64,000 nucleotides of DNA from the human T2T-CHM13v2.0 reference genome, Homo sapiens. Made by a program: the position numbers and the translations under genes. The DNA lies in NCBI RefSeq assembly GCF_009914755.1, contig NC_060926.1; one strand, written 5' to 3'. Positions 54,158-64,000 of this stretch are shown here, piece by piece. How positions within the stretch are numbered: the stretch's first letter is position 1; each line of letters opens with the position of its first letter. The notes beneath the pieces were generated by a model, which did not search any database, was not told where the DNA came from, and worked only from the letters and a program-made list of their open reading frames with translations.

Positions 54158-54427
54158 GGCCACGCGCGGTGGCTCACGCCTGTAATGCCAGCATTTTGGG
54201 AGGCCAAGGCGGGTGGATCACAAGGTCAGGAGATCGAGAACATCTTGGCCAACAGGGTGAAACCCCATCTCTACTAAAAATACAAAGTTAGGTGGGCATG
54301 GTGGCTTGCGCCTGTGTTCCCAGGAGAATGACTTGAACCCGGGAGGCGGAGGTTACAGTGAGTCGAGATCGCGCCACTGCACTCCAGCCTGGGCGACAAG
54401 AGCAAAACTCCTTCTCGAAAAAAAAAA
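54158..54427 (+). mobile_element. AluSc-like, with ~21-bp deletion in the right arm
   Basis: ggagatcgaga.catc; cccag|gagaat junction; TSD aaaaaagcacctttg/aaaaatgcacctttg. Confidence 0.93.
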
Positions 54428-54626
54428 AAAAATGCACCTTTGAGCAAGGCTGGGAAACCAGAAAAATGGGAGCGGGAGGTTGCTGAGTTCCAAGGGGCAG
54501 GGAGAAGTCAGCACTAATGGACTCTGAGCAGACTTCTTCAGCCCCTCCTTTGAAATACAAAAGCTTAGATCAATGTGGCCCTGAGGCTGTATCTATAGAT
54601 ACCAAATTAACTAGTTGAAAGGGGAT

Positions 54627-55018
<392 letters not shown>

Positions 55019-55504
55019 CTATGTGTTTGGGCGGTCTGTGGAAGTACCCTTGATACTGTTGCCAAATCAGCAGGAAATTCATGATTTGGGGTCCAGTCCA
55101 GGTCAGAACACCTACATTAAGCAGGCCAGCCAACCCAACTAGATACAACTTCTACTCTTCCATGTAACTTTCCTCTTCCTTCCTTGCCTCAAAGCTTATA
55201 TTAGAAAAGGAATTTCTTAGGGACCACTAGAATAACCTTTGCTTTCTAGCAGAGTATGAGGCAGGGAAATAACAAAAGTCGTTTGGTCAAATACCAGTCA
55301 CACTGATCACCTGGGGGCTCTTAGAGGCCACAGTTAGCCTCCTCAGTTCTCTTCTTAAGGAGATAGCTTCTGGACACAGCAGATGCTTGGTTATAAGTAA
55401 GCAGTGGGTAAATGGAGCTTGAAATAGCCAGAGATTGCAGTAGAAACTTACGTATAGAGTGAGAGGCATATAAGACTAAAATCCACTGATGAAACCATCT
55501 AGAA

Positions 55505-55687
55505 CAGGCATCAGCCAATTACTATCTCTGTCCCAAACTTAGCCCTCTGTTTGATTATGTAATGTTGTATTGACTGCTTTTGTGCTACAACTGCAGACTT
55601 GCGTAGTCATGACAGAGACTAACTGGCTCACAAAGGACAAAATCTATGTTACCTGGCCCTTTACAGCGGAGAGTCTGCCAATCCCTG
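55505..55687. mobile_element. MER58A hAT element
   Basis: ctgcttttgtgctacaactgcaga; ctggccctttacag..gtctgccaatccctg; TCTA-type flanks. Confidence 0.8.
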
Positions 55688-58600
55688 CTCTAAAAGTAAA
55701 CCTAGCTTGAGATAAGACAAATATGGTGTAAGCACCTGAATTCCCTGAAAAGCTAAAGGACCTTGAATCCAACTACGTTTCTCTTAAATAGCGACAGCAC
55801 CAGTCATTTTACAGGATTTCCACAAAGTTGGGAATGTGGAGTAATCATTGGGCTTCTATCTGAAATGAAGTACCTCTAGGGAAAAATTCAGCAGCTGTTG
55901 GAAATGCAAGGCTGTGCAATAGTTAAAGACAGGAAGTAAAAAGTATTGCATACGGCAGCAGAACTCTGGAGAGGGAAGGTAGCTCAGAGGTACACCGTTA
56001 TCCATAACTGGAGTAAAACAGGGGAGTGTGGTAAATGGTTTTCTGTTTTAGAAAGTGTGTTGAGTCCTTTACTGACCACAAATGGCCAGAAACTTCAGAG
56101 GTACATTTATCAGTGACATCTGCACCAAGAAGTAAATGCTCATCATTCTCCCTTCCTCACTCAACAGCATCTTATTCCCCCAAGTTACCCATCCCACTCC
56201 AGTGAACTGAGGTTTCACTCATACCTAGAGTGAGAAGTAGTGAGTTTTGTCTGGGTTCCTCCCCAGGTGCTTATATTTATAATAGACGTTCTTCTAAGAC
56301 CCACAGGACTTGTGCTGTAATGTGGAATGCATGACATGTGGAAGTACAGGCCAGGTGACTCTACCTGGTACCAATCCTACCACACCGTAACAGGTGTGTA
56401 GGATGGACCCCATTAGAAAGAAATAATAGTTTTTGAGAGCTCGTCTCTATATCTTGCTTCATGCTCTTTAACCACACATTTTTTATAGGCTTCTGCTCTT
56501 AGCCTGCCATCAAATCCATCCATTCAGTAATTGTCTTTCCCAATTACCAATTAAATTGTGAGGGGATTAAATCATTTTTGGGGCATATTACAAGCTTCCT
56601 AAAGGTCCTTGCTAGGGTAAGGCTATTCTGTTACTGATGCAGCTTTTGACCCTTTCACACTGGGCTCAAGAAGCTTGTGCCTATTCACCACCAGTTAATC
56701 AATGGCAGATATTAGATACTCAGAATAAAACATCCAGGCATCTGATCTTAGATCTCCCTTTGGAGCAAGCAATGGTGGTTGGGACATAAGGCTGGGAGTA
56801 AGTAATCGACTAGGGGTGGGAGTGAAGAATTGAAAGAAAAGTGACCTTTGTCCAGTTAGGATTTGTGAACTTCAACAGCCAGGTCCATAAACACATAGAT
56901 CTTAAGTAAAATGGCACTACTATTGGAACCCGAACACCTGACTCTGGCATTTTCTATATGCAACCAGAGGATCCTCTCTTTCCTCATCTAAACAACACAA
57001 ATAACGATGCTCACCCTACAAACTGCACCCTTCACCCACACCGTGACATTGTAAGGAAGGTCAAATGAAACAATGTCTAGGAAAGTTCTCTGCAAGCTAT
57101 AAAAACAGGACATGCACAGGATTATTATTAAAAATAAGCAGCCAGAAACTGAGTAGACCCTTCCAAATACGCAGAAAAGTTGACCTGCTTTTTGGTCTGG
57201 GTTCAGCGATCTGAGCAAGGTAGTTATGCTAGAAATGTCTTTTCCACCTTCACCCTTGCCACCTAAAATTTCACCCTTTTGAAATGCCAACTCTTCTGGG
57301 CTAAGTTAGACATTGGGCAATAGAAAGAATGCCTGTTCTGATGGAGGGGTGGAGAAATCTTAAGAGAATCTTTAAGTAATAAAAAAAAAAAGTGCAATAT
57401 GATGTGAAAGAAATGTAGAAACATTAGACTTTTTTACAGTGTTGTTTAGGCCAGCCTCCAATACATTTGACGGGAATAACTCATGCTTACCTGTAAGCAC
57501 CATTTATGAGGCCAGTCAACCATGTGTGAGGTCGTGTTGATCGCTGTAGCTTTGTTAGTAGTTGGGAGTTGAGACAGTGGAGGAGTTTTCAGCAGAAAGT
57601 GAGAGGAGATGGCTTGTCTTGTTTTCTTCTGTATCCCTGGCCAAAAACAGTGCTTCATCTACCAAGAGCTACTTAAATGCCAGTGGAAGGAATAAATGAC
57701 GGAACACTGGCCCTTGAGTACAGTTTAGTAAAGTAAGTAAGTGATAAAGCATAATTTCTTTCTGAGGACTTCTTATTTCTCTTATAATAAGGTTCCTGCC
57801 ACCTCTGAGCTAATTGCATTAGTATCTGTACCATCATATTTTGGTACGTTTACTCTCATTTCGTTTCTTTGGCATAACACTTAAAAATCCTGACTAAAAC
57901 TGTGGCATTTGTGTAGATTTTTCTTTATAGATCCATTATTTCTCTTGAGATTAGAAAGGAATTTTTGAATTTCACAATTAAAGGCAAATAAGAGAACTTT
58001 TTTAGTTTTTCAAGAATGAATATTTCTCCAGTAAAAGGAATTGCAGAGGTGTTTTTCATTGAGTACATTAAAATGAGGCACACAGCCTTCAAAGTCTTAT
58101 GCAAGTGTGAGCTTCTGCAAAACTAGTTGACTGGGGAGAGATATTTTTTTCTTGGATTGTCTTTTGCAGGGAGCTGTTTCATATTTATCAAATGGTTGCA
58201 GATTTTTAGACTTTGTACAAAATACTTTTGCAGTATTAGATGTGGCTCAATGTACAGCATACACTCCTCATACCCCACCCAATAGGTAGACAACTTTTGG
58301 TCATTTTTGAGACAGTTTGTTTTTCTTTTTGAGTTAGTGAGTTAAACTGTGTCTATTCTTTCACGACTGTGTGCTCCCACGAAATAAGAATTGCTAGAGC
58401 AGGTATGATCTATTGACTGCATTCCTTTGGGTTTGCTGAAGAAAATGCAGTTATTTACATTGATGAATAGCCTTAATTGGGTAAAATAGACTGGTAGTGC
58501 TGAGCTAATACCTTTAAATGTCTTGTCTTATGCAATTAATATTCCTTTGTCACACATACGTTTAAACCATTGGAAAAACGTCTTGTGTTCTTGACTCCTG

Positions 58601-59739
58601 TCAGACTTAACGAATGATTTTGTCAAGTCATTCCTTTCTGCCCTGGTTGATTGATAGCTAAATTTTGGTCTTCTAGCTTATGTAAAAAGTGTTAACTATG
58701 CCTTTCAGCTTGTAGGCAAGGGCATTTAAACCATTCTAGTAGTCAATTTACAGAGGAATTACATTGCCTGTTTACTGGAGGGGTCAAAAAAATGTGCCCC
58801 TGCTCATCAGAGACACAAATCACAGGGCCCATGAGCTAATGAAGGCAGTATTTATGAGTTTCTGCACTTGTTAGCTGATACCAAGTTCAAGATGTCCCTG
58901 GTCCTGGCTGCTGAGGATTCTGGCTTCCACTTTTGGATATGCCTGTGTTTATAGACTATGGAAAAGATGTATTTAAGAAGAAGTTTTGATCCTAATACTC
59001 TTAAGAGTGAGAATGCAAATTAGAATGCTAGATTGTCACAGTATCAAGCTGCATTTGCAGCTTTCAAAGATTTCTCTATAGTAAGGCTCACCTCTGCCAC
59101 CACCTGGCTTATGGATTTCCATATAAACCATAATTACCATATCAAAGCGTGGAAAATGGATACCAGTCTTTCTGGGAGAAGTCTCTTGGCCCTTGGCTTG
59201 AACCCAGTTAGAACCCTAAGAAACACACTTTCTTTAGCATCTTACAATTTACTATTTTAAAACATTTTGATCATTAAGAGTTATAAGAAAATGGTTACAT
59301 TAGAGCAAGTATAATTCATCAAATAGATTGTTGAAGTAGGCCTATCTTAGACCACAAGTTCTCCTTTTTTTTTCCGATCCCTAAATCCCCAGAAAGTGAG
59401 AATCTCATAGTGAGTATCGAGCAGGTCTCTTTCTACTCCCAGAGTAGGGATTCATTAGGACTCAGCATCACTTCTACCTCTGGTAGGATCACTGATTCCA
59501 TCTTATGGTGTCCATCTGCCATGGGTTCTCTTCTTTTATCCTCTCCACAGGGGCTCTTCTTCTTTTTGGTCTTACTATATCATGGGTGGGGAAGAGGGGA
59601 GCTTTCAGAATCCCTTGTATATATACTTTACTCGTTCAGGAATCACATTTGTTCCTGGAATGTTTGCTGCTGTCATCATATATACCATTGCTTTTGGTCA
59701 ATAATGTTCACAGAGCTGGCACAAAGTAGACAAGTGACA

Positions 59740-59990
59740 GCTTGTGTATGTTAGTATTTAAAGCATGTAGTCTGGGGCCAAGCAATATTGGTTTAAATCC
59801 TGCCACTGCCATCTGTTAGCTTTGTGAATGTAGACAAGTGACTTAATTCTATTGTCTCAGTCTCCTCACCTATAAAAGGAATAAAATAGTAGCCAGTGAT
59901 TTTTGACAGAAATAAACAAGTTATTCTAATTTTTTGGAGCAGTATCTGGCACAAAATAAGCACTAAATGAAGATTGCTATTATGAAATAT
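59740..59990 (+). mobile_element. MIR
   Basis: ggtttaaatcctg; caagtgacttaa..ctcagtctcctcacctataaaa; tctggcacaaaataagcact. Confidence 0.8.
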
Positions 59991-60685
59991 TAATATTCCC
60001 CAATGCTTTTCTGCTCTTGCCACCTCTCCTCATCTCACCGCTGCAGTTACTTCTGTCTTTTGCATATACTCTCCCTTCCACTAGCCTCTCCTTTGCTTTC
60101 TTGTGCTGCACCCAGCAACCGTGGGCTCCATTTTCTGCTAACATTTTTAACAGCACCATGTCAAGGTGCTGTACCTGCTAGATTAAGCCATCTGGAGATC
60201 CACAATGATCCCAGCACTCCCTGGGACCCTGAGGCAGCTTGTCACTGTCTCTTCTCATAAAGGCAAGTGCTCTTGCATATCGTGGAGGTAAAGGAGGAAT
60301 TTGACACTGACCTGTGCGTGCTGGGGCAGAAAATGAAATCAACAGAAGGAACTAAGTACCTGTTACTGTCCTTCAGGAAAAGTCCCGATCAACCCTTCCC
60401 TGTCCTAGTCCCCATGACTTGTCTCTTTGTTATAACATTTTAAGTAAAGCATTTGTTTAATCTATACAAATAGTAAATTACAGCTGTGATTTTCTTACAC
60501 ACAGCCCATGGCTATATAATGGAACATGAGGAGTAGACTACTGTTATTTCAGTGCATTTGGCCAAAGAAATGAATTGAAATGGCACCAAACTAGTCCACT
60601 AATTGATCAGAAATTATTTTCAAGATGTCTCTACCACTTCACCAAAAGGTGATTTGGTGACCATGAAAACTTATTCTATGTATGT

Positions 60686-61149
60686 CATCTTATCAGTTAT
60701 CTATTGTCACAACAGTGTAGTGTTAACAGTACCTCAGGGGCATACAGCAATAGCACTTGTAGCTCACTGGTCTGAGGCGGTCATCTTAGCCCGGCCTTCT
60801 CCTGTGTCTGGGTTCTGTTGCTCTTAATGGATCTAGGATGGTCTTGACATCGATGACTGAGGTGACTCAGTCATGGTCAATAGGTTCGTCACCCTTTTCC
60901 TGGGACAGGCAGTCTAGCCTGGGCACATGCTTCTCATGGGGATGGCAGAGAACAAGACCAAGCCGGCCTAACGTTGAATGAGCCTTTCAAATGTCCACAT
61001 GCATCATGGTGTCCAACGTCCATTGGCCCTAAACATGACACATGGCCAAGCCCAGAGTCACAGAGGGCAGGCACTACAGAGTTACATGGCAATGGTATGG
61101 ATAGAAGGAGATAGAAGAATAAGGTTATTCATGCAACAAATCTACTATA
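60686..61149 (-). mobile_element. MLT1 (H/I-like) solo LTR
   Basis: tcagttatctattg; catggccaagcccagagtca; agttacatggcaa.ggtatggata. Confidence 0.75.
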
Positions 61150-62918
61150 ATTATCTATTCCATCAGTGAGACATGTTCCTAACTTTTATACTGACTATCA
61201 GCACTCACAGAGAAAAAAATCTAAGGGCACATATGTTGATCTGGCTGTTGATCTGGCTCCATTATAAGTGTTGCTAATGATGACAGTTGTACTTTTAATT
61301 GATCCAGCAGACCTGAATGAATTTGGTGGACAATGAATGAGATGGGTAGGGAAAAGCACAGGGCCTGATAGAGCTAATTGGTTCCATTAAAAAGAGATGC
61401 TAGTATCCCAATTAAAATGATTTTGCTTCATGAAAGACAGTTGGTTTCATCAAGATAATGACCAGAGAATTTCGTGTTTCTCGTATAAGGAAAACTAAAT
61501 AAAGCAAGAACCATGATTATTCTTTAAATGTCTTCCCTAGGCTTTATAGATATGCCTCTCCTCCCGCTACCTGCTCCCACCCCAACCTGAACAATGAAGA
61601 GTGCCTTCATTACCAATGGAGTGTGCATTGATGGCACCTTGGCTTATTAAAGTGACTTTGGGTAGATTATAGCACTGACTGATTACCCTCATTGACCTTC
61701 AGACTGGCTAAACTTTGCCAGACTTAATGAAGCTCACTACTTGTCAAGCCCCCTAGGCTGGATGGCTCCTGGCTCAGTCACTTTGTTGCTTTGATTTTAC
61801 ATTTTTAATAACAATGATACCACACAGCTTAAGGAAATATGGCAGAACATGTCAGTAATCATGTAGAGCCTGGAGCAGCCATATTCATGGAAAGATTTAA
61901 GGCTTCAGATTTTTTGAGCCTATTTGAAATCACCCTCTAACCCCAGTTTTGACCTTGGCTGGTATTTCTTAAATCATTGTAATGAAGAAGTTAACACTAT
62001 TATTCTTAACAAGATTTTTGTACACATTTATCTAAATGACAGGGTAGATGTTAAATGGTCAGGCATTTATTAAACATCATCTACCCAGCCTCAACTTGGG
62101 TGTTAACTTTTATTTCTGAAAGTCAAGATGGCATTGGGTTGCTCAGACACATAGCCAATTCTGCCTAAAGATTGGCATGCAAAAGGCTTCAACTGCAGGG
62201 AAGGTTTAGCAAAGAAAGAAAGCTTTCATCCTGAAGGAGAAACAGGATTGATTAGTAGTAGCTACTTGGAGCACTGTGTTGAAAAGGATTATAAAGTAGT
62301 ATTTGAGCCCAGCATAAAAGAGTGCAGCACTTGATTAATCATGTCTGGTGTGGACATAGAAAGGAAGCATTGTAGCATACTTGCCATTCCTGTCCTAGTT
62401 CATAGCTTTTGATCTTGTTCCTTATAAACAACTCTTCACCTTTTAATTATTTCTTATAAATGTATCTCTATTTATTTTCAACTTCCACTCATGCTTGAAT
62501 CCCTGAATTAGTTTTCTGTCAGATCTTTTCTTTGCTGGCCACTTTTTTGTTTTCGGGTCAGTATCTGAGTTCCTTTTCTGTGTTCAGAGAATTCCTCATG
62601 TTATGAATCTCTGTATAAGAAGCTTAAATGGCCAAAACACTTGTTTTCAAAGAATACTTTCCTCCCGACCGCTACCTCCTGTACTCTTGCAACTAGTTGA
62701 GGACGTATGACCCAGAGTTCTGGTCTCTGTTTCACCCAGATGAAAATCAGGTCTGCCTAACATTTTGAATCAAAACCTATTGTCACAAAGACACAGGGTG
62801 TCTTAACATTTCTGAATTTTGCCTATTTTGTGAACTGACAGGTCAATCTTTCTGCTTAAATCAGCTAGAATTAGTTTCTAATGCTTGAGACTAAGAATTT
62901 GACAATAGGTCTTCTAGG

Positions 62919-63085
62919 GAGGCATTCCTCAAACTTTATACTGTGGAATAATCACCTAGACATCTTACTAAAATGCAGATTCTGGTTAAAAGCAGGTCTG
63001 GATGGGGCCTTGGTTTTGCATTTCTAATAAGCTCCCAGGAAATGGCAGTGGTACTGGTCAGTGGCCCACACTTCTAGTAGAAAGG
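62919..63085. mobile_element. MER5A/B hAT element
   Basis: aatcacct..aaaatgcagattctgg..tgcatttctaataagctcccagg..ccacactt. Confidence 0.8.
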
Positions 63086-63334
63086 ATCTAAATAAGGGAA
63101 GGCAGAGTTTGTAGGAAAATAAAAAGTCTATTTCCAGGTTAAATTAGGGCAGGCCAACTACGTAGCTAATAAACTTCAAAATGTACAAAGGCTCCGAACA
63201 GCAGAATTACATTTCTTAATAATGCACAATACTGGGTCAGTAACAGAACACTAGGCAGTTTTCCTTCATGTATGCAAGGGCCTAATTTAATTGGGAGGCA
63301 GGGAATGTCTTTTATCTTCAACTCAAAGCACCTC

Positions 63335-63598
63335 TATCTTTGGCCATGGGAGCCTCCTGTTATTCTGGCTTGCCCCTGGGAGTCTTTGATAGTTCTTTGC
63401 TACCTGGCATGACAAGATATTTCAAGCTTATTTGTACACTCCTGGCCTCAGGGTGCCTGGAGTCAGCCCTTTCTCCATGAAGCTCTGTTTTTTTTGTTTT
63501 TTTCTTTTTTTGTAGTGTAAAATTGTTTTTCAAGTTGTTCATCACTACTAGGCTAGCCATTATTTTCAGTCTTTTTCATTAGACAGAACTGAGAAAGT
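63335..63598 (-). mobile_element. L1MC-type 3'UTR fragment
   Basis: tggcatgacaagatatttcaagctta..cctggagtcagccctttctccatgaagctct. Confidence 0.7.
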
Positions 63599-63643
63599 GT
63601 TTGCAAGTATGCATATGTTTTCAATTTAAAATCTCATGTTTTC

Positions 63644-64000
63644 AAACGTTGGCAAGGATATGGAGAAAGGAAAGCTTTGAACGTTGTTTGTGGGAATGTA
63701 AATTAGTACAATCATAGAAAACAGTATGGAGGTGCCTCAAAAAATTAAAACTAGAACTTCTGGGTAGAATCTGATGGAAATAAATCAATATCTCAGAGAT
63801 ATCTGCACCCCTATGTTTATTGCAGCATTATTTACGATAGCCAAGACATGGAATCAACCAAGTATCCACTGACAGATAAATGGATTAAAAAATGTGATAG
63901 GCAGATAAATAGATATATACACAATGGAATATTATTAACCATATAAAAATAGAAATATTTTATATGTGACAACATGGATGGACTTGGAGGGCACTGTGCT
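63644..64000 (+). mobile_element. L1MA-type ORF2 end/3'UTR, runs off the window
   Basis: gtgggaatgtaaattagtaca; aaaacagtatggagg; atgtttattgcagcattatt; caacatggatg. Confidence 0.9.

Overview
This window is AT-rich primate (human-like) genomic DNA, not prokaryotic. It is intergenic or intronic sequence with no intact protein-coding gene that I can support. Much of it is interspersed repeats: Alu (FAM, FLAM, S, Y), L1, L2 and MIR fragments, solo LTRs (MLT1, MST, THE1, MER4, MER21, MER39-like, LTR54-like) and hAT DNA-transposon relics (MER5, MER20, MER53, MER58, MER81, ORSL). The standout is a decayed minus-strand coding relic at about 290-1690. By eye it aligns collinearly with bornavirus glycoprotein G, then matrix M, then the N-terminus of polymerase L. 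That makes it a candidate endogenous bornavirus-like element in the G-M-L order of carbo-/culterviruses rather than the M-G-L order of orthobornaviruses. Other oddities are an AluY with a 69-bp flanking duplication, an internal L1 fragment with an 8-bp direct repeat, a templated-insertion scar in an L1 3'UTR, an inverted Alu pair sharing private variants, three 52-58 bp tandem duplications and several TAAT-rich candidate enhancers. Repeat subfamily names and viral protein comparisons come from remembered consensus sequences and need database confirmation.
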